Virus record (IMG/VR): IMGVR_UViG_3300025949_000007
Origin: a virus
DNA: 41,750 nucleotides
Reading direction: 5' to 3' (one strand)
This document shows positions 16,223 through 24,276 of the stretch, piece after piece. Every line of letters starts with the position of its first letter. Position 1 is the stretch's first letter. The notes below the pieces were generated by a model. That model saw nothing but the letters and a program-made list of their open reading frames with translations. It made no database searches and was not told the DNA's origin. A program made the position numbers and the translations under genes.

Positions 16223-16269
16223 GCCGGAGTGTGAAGAGGGACCACGACAAGCACCCTTCACACTCCGGC
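16223..16269 (+). terminator. Hairpin (14-bp stem GCCGGAGTGTGAAG / CTTCACACTCCGGC, 19-nt loop) downstream of 15497..16150
   Basis: Inverted repeat read directly in the 290-nt non-coding stretch. Confidence 0.5.
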
Positions 16270-16365
16270 ACCCATTCCCCCCGTTCCCGCGGGGGACGAC
16301 GATCGGCTGGTGACGCATCCGACGTCGAGTAGTCGCCCTGTCTGCCGCGAGGCGGGGCGACGTAA

Positions 16366-16441
16366 GGCCCAGACCTGATCAGTCGCATGGTGAAGTTCGG
16401 GGCGACTCCCGAACGAGGTGGTTCAAATCCACCGTGGGCCA
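16366..16441 (+). ncRNA. tRNA-like element with a non-canonical anticodon arm (isotype not assignable)
   Basis: Canonical T-arm GGTGG-TTCAAAT-CCACC (16417-16433). The acceptor pairs 6 of 7 bp (GGCCCAG / GTGGGCC). The D-loop is like TCAGTCG..GG. The anticodon helix is 7 bp with a 6-nt loop GCGACT and no U33. No CCA is encoded. Confidence 0.35.
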
Positions 16442-16442
16442 C

Positions 16443-16634
16443 ATGGCACAGCCGAAGCACGTACTCATCAGAACGGACGCGCTTGGACGCGTCACCACCC
16501 GTCGCGCGGACGCCGTCGCGCGCATCGCCACCGGACACGGCAACCGCAATCGGTTCGAGGCGACCGAAGCGGAAGCGTTGCGCCGGGCGGACGAAACGTT
16601 CGGCCGCACACGGACGATACGCAATCAGCACTGA
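16443..16634 (+). CDS. Possible small basic protein (63 aa)
   Basis: The ATG lies 2 nt after the tRNA-like element. No SD is present and GC3 is moderately high. Confidence 0.4.
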   Translation: MAQPKHVLIRTDALGRVTTRRADAVARIATGHGNRNRFEATEAEALRRADETFGRTRTIRNQH

Positions 16635-16660
16635 CGAATCCGATCGAGGGGAACGCGATC

Positions 16661-16807
16661 ATGGGCAACAAGAGCAAACCGAGCGGACCGCAGCAGCCGG
16701 AGCGTAAGGGCGGTAGCGGCACCCGCGACGGCGGCAAGCTGAACAAGTGTCCGGAGTGTCAGGAAGTCCAGGGGCGTCACGCGCCTGGCTGCTCCCGGCG
16801 CGGATGA
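16661..16807 (+). CDS. Small zinc-knuckle-like protein (48 aa, CPEC ... C)
   Basis: ATG with GAGGGGA RBS. Trimmed from track ORF 16418..16807. Confidence 0.55.
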   Translation: MGNKSKPSGPQQPERKGGSGTRDGGKLNKCPECQEVQGRHAPGCSRRG

Positions 16808-17133
16808 TGCCCACCGCGTACGCGAACCGGCGCACCCGAGAACAGTTGCTGGGCCAGCCGTTGACCGCCAAGGAACTGGAGTGCCTGCGCTGGCTGGCGA
16901 CCGGCTTCTCCATGGCGGAGATAGCGAAGGCGGTCAACCTGCGCAGCGAGCACACGGCGAAGTCCCGTCTCAAGCAGGCGTACGCCAAGCTGGGCGCCGA
17001 CAACGCCGCCCACGCCGTCATGCTGGCCGTGCAGGGTGGGTGGCTCAACCCGACCGACGGCAAGCCGATGTTGCCGCCCTATCCGCCGCAGTGGTATTTC
17101 CCGGAAAAGCGGGAGAAGGAGAACGCGCCATGA
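16804..17133 (+). CDS. LuxR/GerE-type helix-turn-helix transcriptional regulator
   Basis: LTAKELECLRWLATGFSMAEIAKAVNLRSEHTAKSRLKQAYAKLG is a typical GerE HTH. ATGA overlap with the upstream stop. Confidence 0.7.
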   Translation: MMPTAYANRRTREQLLGQPLTAKELECLRWLATGFSMAEIAKAVNLRSEHTAKSRLKQAYAKLGADNAAHAVMLAVQGGWLNPTDGKPMLPPYPPQWYFPEKREKENAP

Positions 17134-17309
17134 CCGAGGTCAACGACGACCCGAAGCCGGTGGACTACCTGTTCGCCGCGCTGGCCGTCATCCTGTTCGT
17201 GCTGGGCGTCGTGCTGATGGTGGCTGGCAGCGTGCCGGAGCAGGCACCGCGGCTGCCGGTCGTGCCGCCCGGCCAGCTCATCAGCTACAGCGTCACCAGG
17301 GAGGGCTGA
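17130..17309 (+). CDS. Small membrane protein (59 aa)
   Basis: ATGA overlap with the upstream stop. TM helix YLFAALAVILFVLGVVLMVAG. Confidence 0.55.
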   Translation: MTEVNDDPKPVDYLFAALAVILFVLGVVLMVAGSVPEQAPRLPVVPPGQLISYSVTREG

Positions 17310-17312
17310 ACG

Positions 17313-17552
17313 ATGACCGCCCAGCCGTGCATCCTGCCGACCACGGTCGTGCTCATCACCGACGACGCCACTGGCGGCTTCGTGCAGCTGACCGATCTTG
17401 ACCAGGTGGATACCCACGTCGCCATGCTGACGGCCCAGGGGCGCGACTGCACGGTCTGGGTGCGCCGTCAGCCGCTGTCGGCGCAGACGGCCGACACGCT
17501 GGCCGAGGTGGAGTTGGACGAGGCCGTTCGCGACGCGTGGAGGCAACGGTGA
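17313..17552 (+). CDS. Hypothetical protein (79 aa)
   Basis: ATG with GGGAGGG RBS and high GC3. Confidence 0.6.
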   Translation: MTAQPCILPTTVVLITDDATGGFVQLTDLDQVDTHVAMLTAQGRDCTVWVRRQPLSAQTADTLAEVELDEAVRDAWRQR

Positions 17553-17911
17553 GCGAGTTCGACATCACCGGCCCGGACGAGACGCCAGCCCAGCGGGTCA
17601 CCTTCGGTGAAGCACTGCGTCAAGCGCGGGCGGTGAAATGGACCGAACCGCCCGCCCAGCCGCTCTCTCCGCTCACGACGGTGGCCGCGGCGCACGAGAT
17701 GGTGGCCGTAGTCGAACGGAAGCACAGGGCGGCGCTGAAGGCCAGCAGGCAGCGCGGCAACACGCTGGAGTGGTCGCTGCTGGGCCTGGGGTCCGTCAGC
17801 GGCATCCTGTCACTGGTCACGCCGAACGCCGGCGCGCACGCCGTACTGGGCCTTGCCGCGATCATGTGCGCGGCCGTCGCGGTCGGCTCCATAATCCGGG
17901 GCTGGCTGTGA
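17549..17911 (+). CDS. Hypothetical membrane protein (two C-terminal TM helices)
   Basis: GTGA overlap with the upstream stop and GGAGG upstream. Confidence 0.55.
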   Translation: MSEFDITGPDETPAQRVTFGEALRQARAVKWTEPPAQPLSPLTTVAAAHEMVAVVERKHRAALKASRQRGNTLEWSLLGLGSVSGILSLVTPNAGAHAVLGLAAIMCAAVAVGSIIRGWL

Positions 17912-18036
17912 CCACCCGGCGGCATCGTGCGCCGGAACGGGTATGGACGCCGTCGTTCGTGCTCTGGTGCGTGGCCATGATGGCCGTGTCCGCGGCGGCC
18001 GGCGTGACGCTGGTGCTGGCCCTGTCCGGCACGTGA
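17908..18036 (+). CDS. Small membrane protein (42 aa), last gene of the rightward arm
   Basis: GTGA overlap with the upstream stop. TM helix FVLWCVAMMAVSAAAGVTLVLAL. Confidence 0.45.
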   Translation: MTTRRHRAPERVWTPSFVLWCVAMMAVSAAAGVTLVLALSGT

Positions 18037-18067
18037 TACGTTGCCACCGCGTCGCGAGATACGCCCA

Positions 18068-18099
18068 GAATGCCGCCGGACTGGACTCCGGCGGCATTC
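18068..18099. terminator. Bidirectional terminator hairpin at the convergence of the two arms (12-bp stem GAATGCCGCCGG / CCGGCGGCATTC, 8-nt loop)
   Basis: Perfect inverted repeat between the last + gene (ends 18036) and the last - gene (ends 18105). Confidence 0.7.
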
Positions 18100-18104
18100 T
18101 CATG

Positions 18105-18551
18105 TCACGGGCCAAAGATCAGGCCGTGCAGCTTCGTGTGGGTGGGGAAGGTCGCCGTGTTCGCGCCGGTGCCCTGGAGCTTCATGGTGTGCGACCCGGC
18201 AGAGGTCACGGTGAAGACCCAGATCTGCATGATGGTCGCCCGGGTGCTCGCCGCTGACTCGCCGACCAGGTGGGCCTCACCGGTGGTCAGCCGCGTTCCG
18301 TCCACGTTCAGGTAACCGATGAACGTCGCGACGCCCGTGTTGATCGTCGCGTCGAACACGCCCCAGGCCATGACGACCGTGTTGGGGTAGGTCGTGGTGA
18401 AGGTGATGTTGGCAGTGGCGTCGGTGACGCCGGCGCCGTAGTTGATCGCGCCACCACCGGTCTGGGCGACGAAGACCGTCTGGAGTTCGGCGTTGGCCAG
18501 TGTGGCCAGCATCTGCGCGGTGGCCGGGGCGCCTGCCTGGGGTAGTGCCAT
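18105..18551 (-). CDS. Hypothetical structural protein (148 aa), last gene of the tail module
   Basis: ATG with GGGAGCG RBS. The composition is beta-rich and T/G/A-rich, like small tail or receptor-binding proteins. Confidence 0.6.
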   Translation of the reverse strand: MALPQAGAPATAQMLATLANAELQTVFVAQTGGGAINYGAGVTDATANITFTTTYPNTVVMAWGVFDATINTGVATFIGYLNVDGTRLTTGEAHLVGESAASTRATIMQIWVFTVTSAGSHTMKLQGTGANTATFPTHTKLHGLIFGP

Positions 18552-18567
18552 GGTGTTCGCTCCCTGC

Positions 18568-21336
18568 CTAGATCTGGATGTACCGCTGGTCGAACAGCAC
18601 CACGGACTCGCCGACGCCGTGCGTCTTCACCACGCCGTTGACCGACCTCGTCACGGTGAAGGTCTGCGGCGAGCTGGCGCCGGTGATGTTGGTGACGGTC
18701 ATGCGCTCGCCGCCCACCAGGACGTCGAAAGGGAAGTGCGCGGCGTTGGTGGTCCACAGCACGGCCGGCCCGGACGTGGTGGCAACCGACATCGACGTGG
18801 TACCGGTGGTCATGGTGGCGGCCGTGGTGGACGAGTCGGAGTCCAACCGGCTGTCGGAGGCGTCCAGCACGAGCGTGTGGTAGATCCGCTCCGGCACCGT
18901 GACGATGACGATGCGGTGCTTGAACCGGTTGATCGTCTCGGTTACCTGATTGACGGTCTGGTTGGCCGTGTCGTACAACCCAAGCTTGGTTAGATTGGTG
19001 TACTGCACGCGACTGCCGGGTGCGAGGTTGAGTACACCGATCGACAACGCAGCGTTGGCCACCACGGCGCGCGATTCGCGGGCGAACTGGACTGCCGGGT
19101 ATCGCTCTGCGTCCACGGTCCCCTTGGCCAACAGCCATCCGGCGACCCAGGCAAGCTGATAGTCGTACTGTGGATTGACCGTCTTTGACTGGGAATAGGT
19201 GCCGGCCCCGCCGTTCGCCGGTGACGCCGTGGAGAGTGGTCCCGTTGTCTGCATTAGGCGGATGACCCCTCCACCTTGGCGAGTGACCGTGATGTCGTTG
19301 TGCAGCCGTTGGTCATCGGAGACCGGTTGGAACGGCGGTTGAAACTCGTGTGCGGCGTAGCTGGCCGTCACGATGACGTCCGCATTGCGCAGTGCGGAGG
19401 AACGGACGAACAGCAACCCCACACAGTTGCGAGCCCCCGTCAACATTCCCATGTCCACATCGGCGCACTGGCTCAGCAGGTTGACCAGAGTGTCGACGGC
19501 CTGTGGTCCCATCGGTTGCGCGGTGGACGCGAACTTGCCGATCATCAGACTGAGGTCGACACCTTCTTCGCCGCACAGCCGCTGGATGCGCGCAACGGCA
19601 TCCTCGCCAACGTAGGCGTTAAGCTGGTTGGACTGGGCGAATAGATCCATGATCGTGGTGTTGAACATGACGTGCCCGAAGGTGGACGCGCTCATCACGC
19701 CATCGCCGTTGAGAATGATGTACGTGGCGACGCCCAACGTGTAGCCGGTCGCCGTGCCGGTGAGGTACGAACCCGTGGTAGCGCCGACCTGAAGCGCGCT
19801 GTACTTCCAGTTGATGTTGCCACCGGACTGAGTGAAGTTCATATCCACACGGACAAGCTTGTCGTCGATGCCGAAGACGCCGTCGTTGACCACCACGGCG
19901 GATCCGAACTGGTCGTAGCCGACCAGGCGGAGATCACCGCCGGTCAGATATACCAACTGCCACGTCAGGATGGAGCCGGTCATACTCCATTCCATGATCG
20001 GGTCGCCGTTGGACATGTCCCCGGCGGGAATGTGCAGCAGGAAACGCACCTGAAGCGAACCCGTGTCGGCATATCCCGGAAGTGACGTGGCCCAGATGGA
20101 TTTATTCATCGTCGGCAACGGAGCAGAGCAGGCGAAGTCGCTGAAACTCGCCCACTTCGGCGTGGTGCTGTACGGAATGAGCGGCGCGGTCGGCACGATG
20201 ACATTGCTGGCACTGACCGAGTTCGAGCCATCCTCGCACGGCCAGTAGTACACCGGCGCGGGCGTCGCCGCCATCGTGCCACGGTAGAGCGGGGAACGTA
20301 GCGGAGGCGCGCCGGAGCTCAACCGCCGCAAGGGATCGCTGGCGGTGATCTCGATGTAGCGATCACTGGTGGTGACATCCTGCGACGCTGGCCACTCCGG
20401 AATCTCACCGCTGAACCGAACCGAGCGAACCTCGAAGTTGTCATAAGTGAACACGATCGGCAGCGTGTTGGTGTTGCCGGTTTGCACCGCCGACCGTACG
20501 CCGACCACGCCGGTGGCGTTGACGTTCGCGTGGATCGTCGTGTCTGTGCCGACCACCAGCCACGCATACGGTTCCACGCCGGACACCGCCCACATCTTCA
20601 TCCGCATGGTATTGCCTTCCATGCGAGCTCTGACGCGGTACTGAGTGTTGGCGGCATAGGTGATGCCGCTCGCCGTCGGGCCGGCGATGACCGTTCCGTC
20701 CACGTGCACCACCGACAGCGAGATCGACCCGCCGACGGCCACGGACACCTTGGCTATCCAGTACTGCCCGGTCGCCGGATCGGCCCGAAAGATCAGGTTG
20801 CACGGTTCGACCGGTGCGCCGGTGATCGAGGCCAGTGCCATCGACCAGGTGCACTGAATGTCGACGTCGGCATAGCTTCCCGCGCCGTCGATCGTGGTCT
20901 GTCGGTAGGCCGTGGTTGCCGGCACGGAGTGCAGGCCGGCGCTCCCGTTGACCGTGACGTCGGTGGCCGCCACCGTGCCACCCTGGCCGAACCACGACCA
21001 TGCCGCGCCGGAGTCCGACGTCGTCCACGTCGAGGAACTGGCGCGAGTGAAGGTGTCGTAGGCGGTCCGCAAGGTGAGTTGGAAGGGCGTGTTGCGGCCC
21101 AGCTGGCCGTAGTAGGCGCCGACGGGATTGCGGCTGGAGTAGTTGCCGGAGCGGTTGTCCAGCTGGAAAGAGCACTGCGACGTCTGCGCCACGGAGCTGG
21201 ACGACTCGTCAGCCTGACCGCGGGTGATCGTGGTGTCCTCCCGCTGGTAGACGTCGCCGGTCACGTCCGTCCATGTGCCACCCAACGCCAGCTCGTACTT
21301 GACGTCCAGGCCGATGGTCGGGAATGTGGCCACCAC
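18568..21336 (-). CDS. Large minor tail protein, distal-tail-protein (Sipho_tail/Dit)-like with inserted domains
   Basis: 922 aa with GAGAGGGGA RBS. The N-terminus ITRGQADESS...CSFQLDNRSGNYSSRNPVGAYYGQLGRNTPFQLTL matches the pattern recalled for siphovirus Dit-type proteins. The C-terminal part has ERYPAVQF. Confidence 0.55.
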   Translation of the reverse strand: MVATFPTIGLDVKYELALGGTWTDVTGDVYQREDTTITRGQADESSSSVAQTSQCSFQLDNRSGNYSSRNPVGAYYGQLGRNTPFQLTLRTAYDTFTRASSSTWTTSDSGAAWSWFGQGGTVAATDVTVNGSAGLHSVPATTAYRQTTIDGAGSYADVDIQCTWSMALASITGAPVEPCNLIFRADPATGQYWIAKVSVAVGGSISLSVVHVDGTVIAGPTASGITYAANTQYRVRARMEGNTMRMKMWAVSGVEPYAWLVVGTDTTIHANVNATGVVGVRSAVQTGNTNTLPIVFTYDNFEVRSVRFSGEIPEWPASQDVTTSDRYIEITASDPLRRLSSGAPPLRSPLYRGTMAATPAPVYYWPCEDGSNSVSASNVIVPTAPLIPYSTTPKWASFSDFACSAPLPTMNKSIWATSLPGYADTGSLQVRFLLHIPAGDMSNGDPIMEWSMTGSILTWQLVYLTGGDLRLVGYDQFGSAVVVNDGVFGIDDKLVRVDMNFTQSGGNINWKYSALQVGATTGSYLTGTATGYTLGVATYIILNGDGVMSASTFGHVMFNTTIMDLFAQSNQLNAYVGEDAVARIQRLCGEEGVDLSLMIGKFASTAQPMGPQAVDTLVNLLSQCADVDMGMLTGARNCVGLLFVRSSALRNADVIVTASYAAHEFQPPFQPVSDDQRLHNDITVTRQGGGVIRLMQTTGPLSTASPANGGAGTYSQSKTVNPQYDYQLAWVAGWLLAKGTVDAERYPAVQFARESRAVVANAALSIGVLNLAPGSRVQYTNLTKLGLYDTANQTVNQVTETINRFKHRIVIVTVPERIYHTLVLDASDSRLDSDSSTTAATMTTGTTSMSVATTSGPAVLWTTNAAHFPFDVLVGGERMTVTNITGASSPQTFTVTRSVNGVVKTHGVGESVVLFDQRYIQI

Positions 21337-21373
21337 CTCGATGTTCCCCTCTCTTCAGCAGCTTCAGGTGTCG

Positions 21374-21661
21374 TCAGCTGATGGCCGGAGGTGGCCCCTG
21401 TGGCGGGATGCCGGCCGAGAGCGGCGACGGGTCGGCCGGCGCGGCACTGGGCGGCGTGGTGGCTACGACGGTCGTCACGGTCGCCAGCGACGTGAGCACG
21501 GACAGCACCGTGGCGCCGGCGGCTACGTCCAGCGCCGTCGTCCAGTCGACGTGCAGCAGGCCCGTACCGACCGACAGGGCGGCCACCAGGGACTGAGCGA
21601 AGGTCTTCAGGGCGCGCTCCAGCGCGCCGGCCCAGAACGCTTTCGTGAACATGATCGTCAT
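21374..21661 (-). CDS. Holin, phage r1t holin-like family
   Basis: 95 aa, MTIMFTKAFWAGALERALKTFAQSLVAAL...VDWTTAL...VLSVLTSLA. This closely follows the family signature (ERAxKTFAQ, VDW, LTSL). GAGAGG RBS. Trimmed from track ORF 21374..21838. Confidence 0.8.
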   Translation of the reverse strand: MTIMFTKAFWAGALERALKTFAQSLVAALSVGTGLLHVDWTTALDVAAGATVLSVLTSLATVTTVVATTPPSAAPADPSPLSAGIPPQGPPPAIS

Positions 21662-21665
21662 CCTC

Positions 21666-22841
21666 TCATCCGATGAGCACCGGTGGGACGAAGCCGGACA
21701 CGCCGGCCAGGTCGGACGCCGGCGTGATGCTGGCCGGCCACGAGCTGTACGCCGCCGCGCGGTAGCGGCACCGGTAGTTGCCGGCGTCGGTGACCACGCT
21801 AGAGCCAGAGCCGTTCGCGAAGGGGAAGTTGGGGGCAACCGAGTAGCCGCGGCCCGCCGAGATCCCCACCCGAAAGAAGGTGTCCACGGCCGGCGTGCGG
21901 CTGGTCAGTCCCGCCAGCGCGCCCGTGACGGTTTTTGACACCTCGCCGGCCACTGTCCACATGGTGTCGTCGCTCACGGAGTTCCACAGCAGCGTGGAGA
22001 AGTCGTCCGAGTACAGCGCGAAGCCGTTCAAACCGCTGGTCGACAGGGTGCCCGCGACGCGCACGATCGTCTTCACCGTGTTGATCTGCCGCCCGGCCCG
22101 CACCAGGATCCGCATGAACCACTGCTCCGCGATGGTGGCAGCCTGTGGCGTCAGCAGCGGATCCACGTTGCACGTGTGACAGGAATACGCCAGCGCCGCC
22201 GGATCGGCCGGCGCCAGCTGGAGCGAGGTGTCCGCCAGCGACAGCGAGCTCTGCACGGCGCTGGCCATCTGCGTCTTGAGCAGTCCGGCGTTGCTGGCCA
22301 CCGCCACAGTGGGGTCGGTCGCTGTGCCACCGATGTGGATCGTGGCGTCGCCGGCCGTCACCGACGACACGGCGGTCCCGCCGGAGCTGGCCGGCAACTG
22401 GCTGCTGGGCACCTTGCCGTCGCCGCCGAGGGTCGGCACGCCGCCGGGGGCGCCCTTCTGCGCCAGTGGCACGTAGAGGTTGGGTGATCCGACCACCACA
22501 CCGGTGGGTACCAGCGCGTCGAAGGTGGTCGGATCGGGCGAGCTGGGCACCTGGACGGTGACCGGGTCCGACATCACGCCGGCGTCGTTCACCGTGAAGG
22601 TGTAGGCCCAGTTCAGCGGACTGATCTGGGCCTGGTCGGTGGCGATCACTGTTGCCGACCAGGCACCAGAGGAGTCCGCCGTCGCCGTGAACACGCGCGG
22701 GATGATCGCGGCGTGCGAGGTGGTGTCAGTCAGCCACAGCGGCATCGAGAAGGCCACCACGGCGCCGACGGCCGCAGAGCCGTCGGCGCGTACGGCAGTG
22801 CCGGTGACTGTGGTGGTGACGACGTCGCCAGGCAGTCCCAT
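21666..22841 (-). CDS. Tail fibre / receptor-binding protein
   Basis: 391 aa. It contains LAQKGAPGGVPTLGGDGKVPSSQLP, a motif common in phage tail fibre proteins, and an Ig-like N-terminal segment. Confidence 0.6.
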   Translation of the reverse strand: MGLPGDVVTTTVTGTAVRADGSAAVGAVVAFSMPLWLTDTTSHAAIIPRVFTATADSSGAWSATVIATDQAQISPLNWAYTFTVNDAGVMSDPVTVQVPSSPDPTTFDALVPTGVVVGSPNLYVPLAQKGAPGGVPTLGGDGKVPSSQLPASSGGTAVSSVTAGDATIHIGGTATDPTVAVASNAGLLKTQMASAVQSSLSLADTSLQLAPADPAALAYSCHTCNVDPLLTPQAATIAEQWFMRILVRAGRQINTVKTIVRVAGTLSTSGLNGFALYSDDFSTLLWNSVSDDTMWTVAGEVSKTVTGALAGLTSRTPAVDTFFRVGISAGRGYSVAPNFPFANGSGSSVVTDAGNYRCRYRAAAYSSWPASITPASDLAGVSGFVPPVLIG

Positions 22842-22844
22842 GGG

Positions 22845-23723
22845 TCAGCTACCCGCCGGAGGCGTGACGGCTTCGATGGTGGTCACGCCGGCGCCGCTGT
22901 CGGTGGCCGTCCACTTGGTCGGGAACGGCGGGACGTCGAAGGTGGCGGTGTCGATGGTGACCGACGTGCCGGCCGCCAGCTTGTTCTGAATGGCGTCCCA
23001 GCGGTTGTTCATCGCACGGAGCGCCTGCTCACGGTCGCCGGTCAGCTTGCCCAGCGGCAGGCCGTTGTACGTCGCGGAGTCGGTCAGCTGGCGCTGGGTG
23101 TCCTCGATGCGGCCGGAGGCCAGGTCCACCCACACCAACCAGTTGCCCTGTGTCAGAAACGGAACGCTCATGTCGTCGCTCTCCCTGCTCGTGATGTTCA
23201 ACGGGGTACTGCCCATCCAGCCGTCGACGACGACCGACAGGTCGTAGTGGCCGCCGGAGCCGACGCCGCCCGGTCCGTAGGTCGGGTCGGCGTACTGGTG
23301 GAATACGCTCGTGATGCCGTTCAGCGTCTGCTGGACGGCCCCGGCGCCCGGATAGGCGGCCACCCCGTAGTCGGGGTGTGCCACGCCGGCAGCGTTGAAT
23401 GCAGCCTGCAATGCGCCCCACTCGGCCAGTCCGACGTAGACGCAGACGGTTCGGTCGCCACGCGCCCGCTTCGCCTGCACCCACTGGACGGCCTGTGTCG
23501 CGGTGGCGTCGCCGCTCTCCCGGTCCAGCACATCGGCGTCCAGCGTGCTCGAACGAACGGCGCAGCGAACGTGGATGGAGTTGGGGAACCGCGCCCACCC
23601 GGCGGCGCTCCAGGTGAACGCGCCGTCCACGTAGCCCAGCACGTAGTCCCACGGGCGGCCGGTGGCCGGATCGTTGACGGGGATGTCGGTCGGCGTGATC
23701 GAGTCGACCATGCGCTTGCTCAT
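22845..23723 (-). CDS. Putative cell-wall hydrolase (endolysin), glycoside-hydrolase-like TIM-barrel type (GH25 / Rv2525c-like) with an uncharacterised C-domain
   Basis: 292 aa. DADVLDRESGDATATQAVQWVQ ... VCVYVG ... HQYA resembles the DxxDxE catalytic region of that family (from memory, not searched). ATGA-coupled to the holin-like gene upstream. Confidence 0.45.
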   Translation of the reverse strand: MSKRMVDSITPTDIPVNDPATGRPWDYVLGYVDGAFTWSAAGWARFPNSIHVRCAVRSSTLDADVLDRESGDATATQAVQWVQAKRARGDRTVCVYVGLAEWGALQAAFNAAGVAHPDYGVAAYPGAGAVQQTLNGITSVFHQYADPTYGPGGVGSGGHYDLSVVVDGWMGSTPLNITSRESDDMSVPFLTQGNWLVWVDLASGRIEDTQRQLTDSATYNGLPLGKLTGDREQALRAMNNRWDAIQNKLAAGTSVTIDTATFDVPPFPTKWTATDSGAGVTTIEAVTPPAGS

Positions 23724-24064
23724 CGGGTCTCATCCTCCTTCTGTGCCTCGCGCCGTTCCTGGATGAGCAGCCAGAGCAGCCAGAGTTGGACGACGACCGA
23801 GAGCACGCCGCCCAGGAACGCCGGCGGCGAGTCGGCCGGGTGACCGCTGGTGGCGACCAGGTTGAACACGCCAGTCACGTAGCGCAGCAGCAGCGCGAAC
23901 GTCAGCGTCAGGATGAACCGGCGCGCTCGCACGGTGGCCGGCTCCTCAAGCGGCGGCCGGCGTCGCCAGAAGCGGATGCCGACGAGGTAGACGGCCAGGA
24001 ACGCCACTGCGGAGACGATGCCCAGCAAGTAGGTAGCCCAGGCCACGGTGCCGAGGTTGCTCAT
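23720..24064 (-). CDS. Three-TM membrane protein with a charged C-tail (class I holin-like)
   Basis: 114 aa with three hydrophobic helices and C-terminal QERREAQKEDETR. ATGA overlaps on both sides. Confidence 0.55.
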   Translation of the reverse strand: MSNLGTVAWATYLLGIVSAVAFLAVYLVGIRFWRRRPPLEEPATVRARRFILTLTFALLLRYVTGVFNLVATSGHPADSPPAFLGGVLSVVVQLWLLWLLIQERREAQKEDETR

Positions 24065-24276
24065 GGCCTCGCTCCTCGTAGTGCGTCCGCCCAGCTCTGG
24101 GCGAAACCGTTGCGCCGGCCGATCGCCTCCGCACGCCGGCCCACTTCTTCGGCCCGCACGGCGCGCACGTTCTCCACGCGCAAGGCGTCAGTGGCGTTGC
24201 GTACCGCCTGCACGGCGTCCGGGTCCGGCGTGCGTGGCCGGTGGAGCAGCCAATCCAACACCTTGCCCATGATCAT
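24061..24276 (-). CDS. Hypothetical small helical protein (71 aa)
   Basis: ATGA overlaps on both sides and high GC3. Confidence 0.55.
   Translation of the reverse strand: MIMGKVLDWLLHRPRTPDPDAVQAVRNATDALRVENVRAVRAEEVGRRAEAIGRRNGFAQSWADALRGARP

Noticed and set aside
16366-16441. tRNA-like element as an attP core copied from a host tRNA 3' end
   Set aside because: No integrase or excisionase candidate exists anywhere in the genome, so an integration site is unsupported. I kept it as a tRNA-like RNA element instead.
16434-16634. GTG 16434 as the start of the small ORF after the tRNA-like element
   Set aside because: That start would lie inside the acceptor stem of the tRNA-like fold. ATG 16443 is the first start outside it. 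The ORF itself remains low confidence.
18308-21381. Alternative-frame ORFs inside the 922-aa tail gene (18308..19138, 20441..21175, 20482..21381 and others)
   Set aside because: They overlap a single long ORF with Dit-like N-terminal motifs. Their translations are R/G/H-rich and lack coding-like third-position bias.
21666-22841. Diversity-generating retroelement targeting the tail fibre
   Set aside because: No reverse transcriptase ORF (no YxDD-type motif in any frame read) and no template/variable repeat pair was noticed near the fibre or elsewhere.
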